64,000 bases of DNA from Cryptosporangium sp. NPDC048952 (GTDB taxonomy: Bacteria > Actinomycetota > Actinomycetes > Mycobacteriales > Cryptosporangiaceae), in contig NZ_JBICTY010000010.1 of NCBI RefSeq assembly GCF_043197895.1, forward strand, positions 829 to 64,828, given 5' to 3'. This document shows, piece after piece, positions 19,603-29,631 of the stretch. The notes beneath the pieces are model-generated. The model ran no database searches, was not told the origin of the DNA, and was given only the letters and a program-made list of their open reading frames with translations. A program made the translations under genes and the position numbers. The number at the start of each line of letters is the position of its first letter. Position 1 is the stretch's first letter.

Positions 19603-20589
19603 CTAGTGCACGGGCCGCGTGAGGGCCGACAAGATCAGGATGCTCAGGCGACGGGCACGGTCGGGCGTGAAGCCGGCGTCCTCGGCCGCCTCCTCCACGA
19701 TCTGGCCGACGGTGGCCGTACCGAGGCTGCTCAGGTGCGGCAGGTTCGTGGCCGGCCCCTCGGGCAGGCGCCTGCGCGCCGCACCGCGGTTCCGCCGCCA
19801 GCGGGTGACGCCCCCGTGGTGGCGGGTTCCGACGTGCCCGAGGACGCCGGTCGCCGCGCAGGTGAGCATCGCGAGCGAGAGCACGGTGACGAGCTCGGCC
19901 TTCGGCCCCCCGAGCTGCAGCGCGACCGGGTCGTCGCGGCGCGCTCCGGACAGCGCCCAGCGGATCACCCGCCGCTGGAGGATCTCGTCGTCGAAGAAGC
20001 GCTGGACGACGACCGGGAAGCGGGGCATCTCGGCCGGGGCCAGCTCCTGGACGATCATCTCGGCGGCCCCGGCGACCGTGTGCGGCCCGAGGTCCTCCCA
20101 GCGCAGCTCCACCGGCTCGTCGGCCGGAAGGTCCCCGAGGTCGTCCGAGGGGGCGGGCTCGTCGGTCGTGTGCGGCGTTTCCTCGTCGACCGGCTCGTAG
20201 AGCTCCTCCTCGACGTCGGAAGTCTCGTCGTCCGGAGTTTGGTCATCCCAGTACGACGGCGTGCCGTACCCGGTTGCGCGGTACTCCCGACCCGCCGGAC
20301 GAGGCGGCACCTCTCCACGCCAGACGACCTCACCCTCGATCACCGCGGGCGGCCGGTCACCGAACGGGTCGTGCGCCTCGCGGTACGGGTCGAGCACGAA
20401 CCGCGTAGTCGGAGCGTCGTCGTCGTCCGCGTAGTCGAAGAACCCGCGGTACGAGTTCAGCGCGAACCGCGCCGTCGGGGTGTCGTCCTCGGTATACGGA
20501 TCCGGATCCACCCAGAACGCCGCCGTCGGTGCGTCGTCGTCGTCCAGCGCCGCACCCCGGTGGCGTCCGCCGCCGTACGGGTCGGTCAT
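19603..20589 (-). CDS. Hypothetical acidic protein with three N-terminal repeats of DDDAPT-x-RF-x-LDPY
   Basis: Repeat structure plus acidic linker; the opposing 448-aa plus-strand ORF is Arg-rich and judged antisense. Confidence 0.45.
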   Translation of the reverse strand: MTDPYGGGRHRGAALDDDDAPTAAFWVDPDPYTEDDTPTARFALNSYRGFFDYADDDDAPTTRFVLDPYREAHDPFGDRPPAVIEGEVVWRGEVPPRPAGREYRATGYGTPSYWDDQTPDDETSDVEEELYEPVDEETPHTTDEPAPSDDLGDLPADEPVELRWEDLGPHTVAGAAEMIVQELAPAEMPRFPVVVQRFFDDEILQRRVIRWALSGARRDDPVALQLGGPKAELVTVLSLAMLTCAATGVLGHVGTRHHGGVTRWRRNRGAARRRLPEGPATNLPHLSSLGTATVGQIVEEAAEDAGFTPDRARRLSILILSALTRPVH

Positions 20590-20681
20590 CAGGCGCCACC
20601 TCCTGCGGGGCTCATCGGCACGAGCAGGCGGTTGATGAGGCCGATAACTCGGCGAATTAGTGAGGCGACTACCGTGTCGGC

Positions 20682-21254
20682 ATGGACCGGGCCTCTGCGC
20701 AGACCACTTATCTACTGGTCGACGGCGAGAACATCGACGCCACGCTGGGCAGCAACATCTTCGGCGGGCGCCGACCCAGCCCGCAGGAGCGCCCGCGCTG
20801 GGAGCGCGTCCGCGACTTCGCGAGCGAGACCTGGGACCGCCCCGTCAAGGCCCTGTTCTTCCTGAACGCGAGCTCCGGCCAGTTGCCGCTGCCGTTCATC
20901 CAGGCGTTGCTCGCGCTGGACTACCAGCCGATCCCGCTCTCCGGCAGCACCGGTGAAAAGGTCGTCGACATCGGTATCCAGCGGACGCTCGACGCACTGG
21001 TCGACCGCCCCGGCGACGTGCTCCTCGCCAGCCACGACGGCGACTTCTTCGACCAGATCGAGCGTCTCCTCGACGGCAACCGGCGCGTGGGGCTGCTCGG
21101 GTTCCGCGAGTTCGTCAACTCCCGGTTCACCGAGCTGACCGCCGAGGGCCTGGAGATCTACGACCTCGAGGACGACGTCCGCTGCTTCAACGCCCGCCTG
21201 CCGCGCGTCCGCATCATCAATATCGACCGTTTCGACCCGCTCCCGTACCTCTGA
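20682..21254 (+). CDS. NYN-domain (LabA-like PIN nuclease fold) protein
   Basis: YLLVDGENIDATLG...ASHDGDF matches the NYN acidic core. Confidence 0.65.
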   Translation: MDRASAQTTYLLVDGENIDATLGSNIFGGRRPSPQERPRWERVRDFASETWDRPVKALFFLNASSGQLPLPFIQALLALDYQPIPLSGSTGEKVVDIGIQRTLDALVDRPGDVLLASHDGDFFDQIERLLDGNRRVGLLGFREFVNSRFTELTAEGLEIYDLEDDVRCFNARLPRVRIINIDRFDPLPYL

Positions 21255-21348
21255 CGCTGAGTCGTACATAAGACGACTACCTGGCGTTTCTTGAAACGGA
21301 CTGCCACTCTGCTCCCGAGAACGACGGCGAGGAGAGGACAGCGGCCCG

Positions 21349-21960
21349 GTGGGTGGTCTGTTAGATGCGGCCTTCGGATTCCCGGCGGTGCTGTTCACTT
21401 TCGCGCTCGTCGTCGTGGTCGGGTACTGGGTCCTGGTGATCGTCGGCGGCCTCGGCGTCGACGCGCTCGACGGTGACGGCGGCGCGGAGGCAGGTGGCGC
21501 GCACGGTGCTCTCAGCGCCATCGGCCTCGGCGGGGTGCCGGTCAGCGTCTCGCTGTCGGCGCTGATCGGGGTCGCCTGGTTCGGCACGTTCGTGGGGAGC
21601 GCGGTGCTCGGCAACGACGGATTCCTCATCGACGTCGGTCTGCTGGCCGGCGCGCTCGTCGTCGCATGGTTAGCGACCCGGCTGGTGACCCGCCCGTTGC
21701 GTCGATTGTTCCCCGACGAGAAACTGCCGTCCCGATCGGATTTCCTCGGCTCGACGTGCGTGATCCGCACCGGCCGCGTCGACGCGAAATTCGGCCAGGC
21801 GGAAGTGACAGCTGACGATGGATCGTCGGCACTTGTGCAGGTGCGCCAAACTGGCGAGTACGAACTCAGCGCCGGCGAAACAGCGCTGATCTACGACTAC
21901 GACACGGACGGCGAATTCTTCTTCGTCATGCCGTTCAATGCTGCCCACCCCCGGAGCTAG
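21349..21960 (+). CDS. NfeD-like membrane protein (YqiJ/YuaF type; C-terminal OB-fold)
   Basis: Three TM helices then soluble domain VIRTGRVDAKFGQAEV...ALVQVR; 8-nt gap to the flotillin gene. Confidence 0.7.
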   Translation: MGGLLDAAFGFPAVLFTFALVVVVGYWVLVIVGGLGVDALDGDGGAEAGGAHGALSAIGLGGVPVSVSLSALIGVAWFGTFVGSAVLGNDGFLIDVGLLAGALVVAWLATRLVTRPLRRLFPDEKLPSRSDFLGSTCVIRTGRVDAKFGQAEVTADDGSSALVQVRQTGEYELSAGETALIYDYDTDGEFFFVMPFNAAHPRS

Positions 21961-21968
21961 GTAAATCT

Positions 21969-24056
21969 ATGGATGCTGTGGCCCTCGGTGCCGGCGTGCT
22001 GATCGCCGTCGCCTTGATCGTTGTTCTCGGCCTCGCGATAATGGTGAGCCGACTGTTCAAGAAAGTTGAACAGGGCAAGGCCCTGATCGTCTCGAAGGTC
22101 AAAAAGGTCGACGTGACCTTCACCGGCGCGACGGTCATCCCGGTGCTCCACCGCGCCGAGGTCATGGACATCTCGGTGAAGACGATCGAGATCGCCCGTA
22201 CCGGCCGCGAGGGCCTGATCTGCCGCGACAACATCCGGGCGGACATCCGGATCACGTTCTTCGTCCGGGTCAACAAGACCGTCGAGGACGTCATCAAGGT
22301 GGCCCAGGCGATCGGTACGGCACGCGCGAGCAACCAGGACACGCTCCAGGAACTGTTCAACGCGAAGTTCTCCGAAGCGCTCAAAACCGTGGGTAAGCAG
22401 CTCGATTTCGTCGACCTCTACACGAAGCGGAATGAATTCCGCGATCAGATCATCGCGGTCATCGGTACCGACCTCAACGGTTACAGCCTCGAAGACGCCG
22501 CGATCGACTACCTCGAGCAAACGCCGCTGAGCCAACTCGACCCGGCGAACATTCTCGACGCGCAGGGTATTCGCAAGATCACCGAGCTGACCGCGATCGA
22601 GCACGTGCGCACGAACGAATTCCAGCGCACCGAAGAAAAAGAGATCACGCGCCAGAACGTCGACGCCAAGGAAGCAGTTCTCGAGCTGCAGCGCCGGCAG
22701 GCCGACGCCGAGATCAAGCAGCGGCGTGACATCGAGACCAACCGCGCCCGCGAAGAGGCCGAGATCTCCCGCGTCCAGGCGGAGGAGCGGCTCAAGGCGC
22801 AGAAGGCGCACCTGATCACCGACGAAGCGCTCGGCATCCAGAACCAGAACAAGGACCGGGAGATCGCGGTCGCGGAGAAGAACCGTGAGCGTGTCCTGGC
22901 GATCGAGACCGAGCGGATCGAGAAGGACCGCCTGCTCGAGGTCATCGCCCGGGACCGGGAGACGCAGCTCTCCACGATCAACAAGGACAAAGAGGTCGAG
23001 GTCGAGAAGCGCGCGATCGCCGACATCGTCCGGGAGCGCATCGCGGTCGAGAAGACCGTCGCCGAGCAGGAAGAGAACATCAAGAAGCTGCGCGCGGTCG
23101 AAGAGGCCGAGCGGATGCGCCAGACGCTGATCATCCAGGCCGAGGCCGAGGCGCAGGAGAAGCTGGTCAAGGACATCAAGGCAGCCGAGGCCGCCGAGCA
23201 GGCCGCGCAGCACCTGGCCCGCGAGGCGCTGACGCTGGCCGAGTCGCGCCAGCGGGCCGCCGAGCTCGACGCCGCCGCGAAGATCCGGCTCGCCGAGGCG
23301 ATCAAGGCCGAGGCCGCCGCGCCGGGCCTGGCCGCGGTGCAGGTCCGCGAGGCCGAGGCCGACGCGATCGAGAAGAGCGGTCTCGCCGAGGCGGTCGCCG
23401 ACCGCGAGAAGGGCCTGGCCCAGGCGCTCGTCGCGAAGGAGAAGGGCCTCGCGGAGGCCGCCATCGCGAAGGAGAAGGGCCTCGCCGAGGCCGAGGCGCT
23501 GCGCGAGAAGCTGAAGGGCGAGGCCGAAGGTCTCACCGACAAGGCCGCCGCGATGGCCGCCCTCGACGACGCCACCCGCCAGCACGAGGAGTACCGACTG
23601 CGCCTCGAGGCCCAGAAGGAGATCCAGCTGGCGAACATCGACGTCCAGCGGCAGATCGCCGAGGCGCAGGCCTCGGTGCTCTCCACCGGCCTGCAGAACG
23701 CCGACATCGACATCGTCGGTGGCGACACCGTGTTCTTCGACCGGCTGATGAGCTCGATCGCGTTCGGCAAGGGCGTCGACAAGTTCGTGGAGCACTCCGA
23801 GGTGGCCGGCACGCTGACCAAGCCCTGGCTGGACGGGTCGGCGAGCTTTACCGACGACCTGAGCCGGATCCTCGGGTCGGTGGACTCCGCCGACATCCGC
23901 AACCTGACGATCTCCGCACTGTTGATGAAGATGATCAAGGGCGGCGGCCCGGACTCCGCGAAGCTCGGTGAGCTGCTCGGCTCGGCCCGCCAGCTCGGCA
24001 TCGCCGACACCCCGCTGTCCCAGCTGACCGCCCTGAACGGCGTCACGAAGGCGTGA
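21969..24056 (+). CDS. floT: Flotillin-family protein (SPFH/band-7 domain plus long EA-rich coiled coil; YqiK/FloT-like)
   Basis: N-terminal TM; SPFH core (GKALIVSKVKKVDVTFTGATVIPVLHRAEVMDISVKTIEI); extended A/E/K-rich coiled coil; C-terminal flotillin tail. Confidence 0.85.
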   Translation: MDAVALGAGVLIAVALIVVLGLAIMVSRLFKKVEQGKALIVSKVKKVDVTFTGATVIPVLHRAEVMDISVKTIEIARTGREGLICRDNIRADIRITFFVRVNKTVEDVIKVAQAIGTARASNQDTLQELFNAKFSEALKTVGKQLDFVDLYTKRNEFRDQIIAVIGTDLNGYSLEDAAIDYLEQTPLSQLDPANILDAQGIRKITELTAIEHVRTNEFQRTEEKEITRQNVDAKEAVLELQRRQADAEIKQRRDIETNRAREEAEISRVQAEERLKAQKAHLITDEALGIQNQNKDREIAVAEKNRERVLAIETERIEKDRLLEVIARDRETQLSTINKDKEVEVEKRAIADIVRERIAVEKTVAEQEENIKKLRAVEEAERMRQTLIIQAEAEAQEKLVKDIKAAEAAEQAAQHLAREALTLAESRQRAAELDAAAKIRLAEAIKAEAAAPGLAAVQVREAEADAIEKSGLAEAVADREKGLAQALVAKEKGLAEAAIAKEKGLAEAEALREKLKGEAEGLTDKAAAMAALDDATRQHEEYRLRLEAQKEIQLANIDVQRQIAEAQASVLSTGLQNADIDIVGGDTVFFDRLMSSIAFGKGVDKFVEHSEVAGTLTKPWLDGSASFTDDLSRILGSVDSADIRNLTISALLMKMIKGGGPDSAKLGELLGSARQLGIADTPLSQLTALNGVTKA

Positions 24057-27000
24057 CCGGCCCCCTGACCGCCGGCGGCGCGGAGGCCAGCGCCGCCGGC
24101 ACGACCGCCGCCGGCCCGGCGGGCGTGGGCGGCGGGCCGGCTGACGTACCAGCCGGCCCGGCCACGCCCGGGCTCGATGCGGGCACCTACGACGTCCTCC
24201 GGAGCCGCCTGAAGACGCAGGCAACGGAGCTGGCGCAGCACGTCGAGGCGCTCAACACGCAGCGGCTCGACGTCTTCGGCGGCACCGAACTACGCCTCAC
24301 CGGCACCGCGCAGATCCGCACCGAGCACAACTGCGTCCCGCGCGACATCACGTCGGTCGGCGACCGGCTGCTCTTCGGCTACAACGCCTACCTGGGCATG
24401 AAGCCGGAGACGACGGTCGACGACGTGTTCTCCGTGCACCGCCTGGTACGCGACAACGACCGGCTCAGCTTCGAGCAACTCGAGCACGACCCGCTCCTCA
24501 CCGACGAGCAGTTCACCAAGGACCTCGGCGAGCAGTACCGGTATTTCCGGGAGAGCTCGCTGCTGCAGCTGCGCCGGCTCGACCCGCTGCTGCTCGCGGT
24601 GTTCCGCACCAGCCCGAACGCCGACGACAACCGCGTGCTCCGCTGGCGCCTCAACCTGGACGGCACGGCGAACTACGTCGACAACAAGGGCGAACGGGAC
24701 CACACGTTCCCCGCCAAGCAGGACTTCGACTGGGTCGAGACCACCCGCACCGACCACGTCCTCGGCCGGCACCCGCACATCTCGATCCTCGGCGTGGTGT
24801 TCGTCGAGACGATCGGCGGCGACCTCACGATCAAGGTCGAGAACAACACCGAGTCCGGCGAGGGCATCTACACCGAGCCGGTCAAGGAACCGCTGCAGAG
24901 CCTCGCCGACGCCGACGTCAGCTACGCCCGCATCGGCCCCCTGATCCTGCTCCGGATCCGTCCGTACAAAGAGGACGCCTGGCGCTACCTGATCTTCAAC
25001 ACGCTCACCCGCGACGTCCTGCGGCTGGACGGCATCGGGCAGGCCTGCCAGCGCCTGCCCGAGGACCAGGGCATCGTCGTGCCCGGCGGCTACTACCTGT
25101 CGACAGGCGTCCACCGCGTTTTCGACCAGGACACTTCCGGCCTGGAGTTCGAGCGTGTCATCCGCTCGACGAACGGCGAGGACGTCCTCTACGTCTTCCA
25201 CAGCCGGACCGACGGCCGCTACCTGCTGCTCCCGTACAACGTCATCCGCAAGGAGATCGCGAACCCGATCCCCTGCCACGGTTACGCGTTCTACGACGAC
25301 GGCACGCTGGTCGTGCTGCGCGCCACGAACGCCGAGCCGACTCGCGTCCACCAGATGCAGGTGTGGCAGACGCCGTACGTGTCGGACACGTACGCAGCAG
25401 CGCAGCCGGTGGGCACCGGACCGCTGGAGCGGATCGGCAACGCCGATCTGGTCCGCGGGATCTCCGACCTGCTGTCGGTCGCCCGGATGGCCGAGGACAC
25501 GACGCCCACCGAAGCGGCGTTCGACGCGCTGATCGGCGCCTGCCGCCGCGCCGTCGACCAGTACCACTGGCTCGACGAGAACGGCCTGGGTACCCCGCTC
25601 GCGCAGCTGCGGCGCACCGCCGAGCAGGTCCGCGAGGAGTTCGAGAAGGTCCAGAGCCTCACCGCGCAGGCCGCGGACGCGCTCGCCGCCGCTGTCGCCG
25701 AGGTCGGCACGCTGATCCGGGACGCGCGGACGGGTTCGCCGACCACGGCAGAGGAGTGGGCCGCCCAGCTCGCCGCGCTGCGCCGGGCGCAGGGTCGGCT
25801 GGTCGGGCTGCGCGAGGTCCGGTACGTCGACCAGACCGCCGTCGACGCACTCGCCGCGGAACTGACCGACGAGCTCGCGGCCGCCGGCCGCCGGGCGGTC
25901 GAGTTCCTCCGCGGCGAGGGTGCTTTCGACAGCTACGAACAACAAGCCGAACTGCTCACTGCCGACGCCGACGCGATCGCGTCCGTGGCGGAGGCGGCAC
26001 CGCTGGCCGAACGGCTCGACCAGCAGTCCGACGGGCTGGCCGTCGTCACCGAGGTCCTCACGTCGCTGGACATCGAGGACGCGACCGTCCGCACCGAGCT
26101 GCTCGCCCGCATCGGCGGTGTGCTCGGCAGCATCAACCGCGCCCGGGCGACGCTCGACGCGCGGCGCCGCGAGCTGCTCGCGGTGGAGGGACGTGCCCAG
26201 TTCGCGGCGGAGTTCGCGCTGCTCGGGCAGGCAGTGACCGGTGGACTGGCGGTCGCCGACTCCCCCGAGGCGTGCGACGAGCAGCTCGCGAAGCTGATGG
26301 CTCAGGTCGAAGGGCTCGAGTCCCGGTTCGGGCAGTTCGACGAGTTCCTCGCGTCGCTCGCGGAGAAGCGCGAGGACGTCTACGAGGCGTTCTCGGCGCG
26401 GAAGCAGGCGCTGCTCGACGACCGGCAGCGGCGGGCGAACCGGTTGGCTGCGAGTGCCGACCGGATCCTCGGCAGCGTGCAGCGCCGGGCCGTTCAGCTG
26501 GCCACACTCGAGGACGTCAACACGTACTTCGCGACCGACCCGATGGTCGGCACGCTGCGCGGCCTGATCGGCGAGCTGCGGACGCTCGGCGACGCGATCC
26601 GCGCGGAGGAGTTCGAGCGGCGGCTGTCGACCGCGCGTCAGGAGGCCGGGCGGGCGCTGCGGGACCGCACCGACCTGTACGACGGCGACACGATCCGGCT
26701 CGGACGGCACCGGTTCGCGGTGAACACGCAGGCAGCTGAGCTGACGCTCGTGCCGCACGAGGGCAAACCGGTGTTCGCGATCACCGGCACCGACTACCGC
26801 GCCCCGGTCACCGACCCGACGTTCGCGTCCACCGCCGAGTTCTGGGACCAGCCCCTGGTCTCCGAAGACGCCACCCTCAGCCGCGTGGAGTACCTGGCCG
26901 GCACCCTCCTCCTCTCGGGTGTTCGTGACCCTGCACAGGTGCAGACCGCTGCTGCCGAGCGGTACGAGGAGGGGTACGAGCGCGGCGTCCACGATGCGGA

Positions 27001-28933
27001 TGCGGCGGTGGTTCTCGGCGCGCTGGTCGAGCTGTACGACGAGGCCGGGCTGCTCCGGTACTCGCCCGGGGCGCGGGCGGCGGCGCAGCTGTTCTGGGCG
27101 TACGGCGTCGAGGACCGGAAACAGTGGGAGGTGCGCGCCCGGTCGCTGACCCGCGCGAACGAGATCTTCGGGGCGGGCGACGGGCTCGAAGCGCTGACCG
27201 CCGAGCTCGCGGCCGAGATGACCGAGGCCGAGCAGCCGCTGCTCGCAGCGGAATACCTCATCGCCGAGCTCGCGCACGAACCGTTCGGGTTCGTCACCGG
27301 CCCCCGGGCGGCGGAACTGGTGGCCGGCTTCGAACGAGCCCTCGGCCCCAACGCGTCCACTCTGGAAGACGACCTCAAGGAGCTCGGCGACGACGTCACC
27401 GCCCGGCACCGGCTGATCAACGCGTGGATGTCGGCCTACTCGCCCGAAGCCACCGAGGACCGCGACGAGGCCGTCGCGTACCTGCTCATCGGCGACGACG
27501 TCCCCCGCCGCGACTCCGCCGCGCAGCTCGAAGCCACCGTCGACGGCCTCCTGTCGGCACACCCCCGCATCACCGGCCGGACGCTGACCGTGCGCCTCGA
27601 CGACGTACTGGCCCGCGTCCGCCGATTCCAGGACGTCCGCGTCCCGGCGTTCCGCGCCTACCAGAAGCAGCGCGGCACCGTGATCGCGGAAGAACGCGCC
27701 CGGCTCCGCCTCAACGAGCTCGAAGCAGGGGTGCTCAGCTCGTTCGTCCGCAACCGCCTCATCGACCAGGTCTACCTCCCGCTGATCGGCGACAACCTCG
27801 CCAAGCAGCTCGGCACCGTGGGCCCGGACTCACGCACCGACCAGATGGGGTTGCTGCTCCTGCTGTCCCCACCCGGCTATGGCAAGACGACGCTGATGGA
27901 GTACGTCGCGTCCCGGCTCGGCCTGGTCTTCGTCAAGGTCAACGGCCCGGCGCTGGGCCACGACGTGACGTCGCTCGACCCGGAGCAGGCACCGAACGCG
28001 GCCGCGCGGCGCGAGGTCGAGAAGATCACGTTCGCGTTGGAGCTGGGGAACAACACACTGCTCTATCTGGACGACATCCAGCACACGTCGCCCGAGCTGC
28101 TCCAGAAGTTCATTTCCCTGTGTGACGCGACCCGCCGGATGGACGGGGCCAGCAAGACGTACGACCTGCGTGGTAAGCGCTTCGCGGTGTGCATGGCCGG
28201 CAACCCGTACACCGAGTCGGGGCAGCGGTTCCAGGTGCCGGACATGCTGGCCAACCGAGCCGACGTCTGGAACCTCGGTGACGTGCTGTCCGGGCGCGAG
28301 GAGCTGTTCGCGCTGAGCTTCCTGGAGAACACGCTGACGTCGAACCCGGTGCTCGCGCCGCTCTCGACCGGTGCGCCGGCCGACGTCGAGCTGCTGGTGC
28401 GGCTGGCGCGCGGGGACGCCACGGTGCGGCCGGACCAGTTGGAGAAGACGTACTCGTCCGTGGAGCTGGAGCAGATCCTGGCCGTGCTGCGTCACCTGCT
28501 GCGCGTGCAACATGTGGTTCTACGGAACAACGAGGCGTACATCGCGTCGGCGGCGCAGGCGGATTCGTCGCGTACCGAGCCGCCGTACCGGCTGCAGGGT
28601 TCGTACCGGAACATGAACAAGATGGCGCAGCGGGTGCTGCCGGTGATGAACGACGCCGAGCTCGAGGCCGTGATCGACGACCACTACGTCGGGGAGGCCC
28701 AGACGCTCGCGGCGGACGCCGAGGCGAACCTGCTGAAGCTGGCGGAGCTGCGGGGTGTGCTCACTCCGGAGGCATCCGCCCGCTGGTCCGCCGTGAAGGA
28801 AGGGTTCCTCCGCGAGCGGGCGCTGGGCGGCTCCGACGACCCCCTGGGCCGGGCGGTCGGCGCCGTGGGCCTACTCGCGGATCGGGTCCGGGAGGTCGAG
28901 CAGGCCATCGTCCGACTTGGTCCGCGCTCGTAG
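24053..28933 (+). CDS. Giant (1626 aa) protein with a C-proximal AAA+ ATPase domain of MoxR/AAA_5 type, flotillin-associated
   Basis: Start overlaps the flotillin stop. Walker A LLLSPPGYGKTTLMEY; Walker B LLYLDDIQHT; sensor-1-like CMAGNPYTE; about 1200 aa of mostly helical upstream sequence. Confidence 0.75.
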   Translation: MTGPLTAGGAEASAAGTTAAGPAGVGGGPADVPAGPATPGLDAGTYDVLRSRLKTQATELAQHVEALNTQRLDVFGGTELRLTGTAQIRTEHNCVPRDITSVGDRLLFGYNAYLGMKPETTVDDVFSVHRLVRDNDRLSFEQLEHDPLLTDEQFTKDLGEQYRYFRESSLLQLRRLDPLLLAVFRTSPNADDNRVLRWRLNLDGTANYVDNKGERDHTFPAKQDFDWVETTRTDHVLGRHPHISILGVVFVETIGGDLTIKVENNTESGEGIYTEPVKEPLQSLADADVSYARIGPLILLRIRPYKEDAWRYLIFNTLTRDVLRLDGIGQACQRLPEDQGIVVPGGYYLSTGVHRVFDQDTSGLEFERVIRSTNGEDVLYVFHSRTDGRYLLLPYNVIRKEIANPIPCHGYAFYDDGTLVVLRATNAEPTRVHQMQVWQTPYVSDTYAAAQPVGTGPLERIGNADLVRGISDLLSVARMAEDTTPTEAAFDALIGACRRAVDQYHWLDENGLGTPLAQLRRTAEQVREEFEKVQSLTAQAADALAAAVAEVGTLIRDARTGSPTTAEEWAAQLAALRRAQGRLVGLREVRYVDQTAVDALAAELTDELAAAGRRAVEFLRGEGAFDSYEQQAELLTADADAIASVAEAAPLAERLDQQSDGLAVVTEVLTSLDIEDATVRTELLARIGGVLGSINRARATLDARRRELLAVEGRAQFAAEFALLGQAVTGGLAVADSPEACDEQLAKLMAQVEGLESRFGQFDEFLASLAEKREDVYEAFSARKQALLDDRQRRANRLAASADRILGSVQRRAVQLATLEDVNTYFATDPMVGTLRGLIGELRTLGDAIRAEEFERRLSTARQEAGRALRDRTDLYDGDTIRLGRHRFAVNTQAAELTLVPHEGKPVFAITGTDYRAPVTDPTFASTAEFWDQPLVSEDATLSRVEYLAGTLLLSGVRDPAQVQTAAAERYEEGYERGVHDADAAVVLGALVELYDEAGLLRYSPGARAAAQLFWAYGVEDRKQWEVRARSLTRANEIFGAGDGLEALTAELAAEMTEAEQPLLAAEYLIAELAHEPFGFVTGPRAAELVAGFERALGPNASTLEDDLKELGDDVTARHRLINAWMSAYSPEATEDRDEAVAYLLIGDDVPRRDSAAQLEATVDGLLSAHPRITGRTLTVRLDDVLARVRRFQDVRVPAFRAYQKQRGTVIAEERARLRLNELEAGVLSSFVRNRLIDQVYLPLIGDNLAKQLGTVGPDSRTDQMGLLLLLSPPGYGKTTLMEYVASRLGLVFVKVNGPALGHDVTSLDPEQAPNAAARREVEKITFALELGNNTLLYLDDIQHTSPELLQKFISLCDATRRMDGASKTYDLRGKRFAVCMAGNPYTESGQRFQVPDMLANRADVWNLGDVLSGREELFALSFLENTLTSNPVLAPLSTGAPADVELLVRLARGDATVRPDQLEKTYSSVELEQILAVLRHLLRVQHVVLRNNEAYIASAAQADSSRTEPPYRLQGSYRNMNKMAQRVLPVMNDAELEAVIDDHYVGEAQTLAADAEANLLKLAELRGVLTPEASARWSAVKEGFLRERALGGSDDPLGRAVGAVGLLADRVREVEQAIVRLGPRS

Positions 28934-29521
28934 CGTCCGAATGCCCAACAGGAGCAGGACGACGGCGAGCAGGCCGACGATCACGTAGCCGCCGAGCGTG
29001 AACGTCTTCTCGAACTGGCGGGCGGCGGAGCCGAGCGCGGCGCCGATGCCGACGTGCAGCGCGGACCAGCTCGCCGCACCGAGGGCAGCGGCGGGGAGGA
29101 AGCGCGGGAGCGGAAGGCCCGCGCTGCCCGCCGCGGCGGGTCCCAACGCACGCACCGCGGGCAGGAAGCGGATGAAGAACACCGCCAGCGGGCCGCGCCG
29201 CTGCAGGGTCGCCGCGGCGCGGTCCCAGAGCACCGCCCCGTACCGGCGGATCAACCGCGTCTCTCGCAGGCGCGGCCCGTACCGACGCCCGATCGTGTAC
29301 CCGATCGCATCACCGAGGATCGCGCACACCGTGACCACCGCCCACAGCGCGACGAACCGCCCGGGTCCGTTCACCGTCGTCGCGGCGACGAGCAGACTCG
29401 ACTCACCGGGCACGATCAGCCCGAGCCCGAGCGTGCACTCGCCCAGCACGAGCAGCCCCGCCACGGCGATGACCGCGAGCGGCGGCAACGATTGAAGCCA
29501 GTCCAGGATGTCGGTGACCAT
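28871..29521 (-). CDS. dedA: DedA/SNARE-associated family membrane protein
   Basis: GLIVPGESSLL...LGDAIGYTIGRRYG motifs; 63-nt convergent overlap with the giant ATPase gene. Confidence 0.75.
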   Translation of the reverse strand: MVTDILDWLQSLPPLAVIAVAGLLVLGECTLGLGLIVPGESSLLVAATTVNGPGRFVALWAVVTVCAILGDAIGYTIGRRYGPRLRETRLIRRYGAVLWDRAAATLQRRGPLAVFFIRFLPAVRALGPAAAGSAGLPLPRFLPAAALGAASWSALHVGIGAALGSAARQFEKTFTLGGYVIVGLLAVVLLLLGIRTLRARTKSDDGLLDLPDPIRE

Positions 29522-29631
29522 GCGTGCTCCTTCGGCTCGGAGCCGGACACTACGGCTGAGCCTCGCAGCGAATTAATGCACTTTCGTCAGGGAACGCCCC
29601 TGGCTTCCGGCACTCGTGATTGGCTGGGAGC

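Noticed and set aside
19519-20865. 448-aa plus-strand ORF
   Set aside because: Arg-rich and overlaps the more protein-like minus-strand repeat protein. Kept as an open question in findings.
22508-24241. 577-aa minus-strand ORF and the 755-aa ORF 21957..24224
   Set aside because: Antisense to the flotillin gene; Ser/Arg-rich with no motifs.
24290-27562. 1090-aa minus-strand ORF
   Set aside because: Antisense to the giant ATPase gene; low-complexity Arg/Gly-rich translation typical of high-GC shadow frames.
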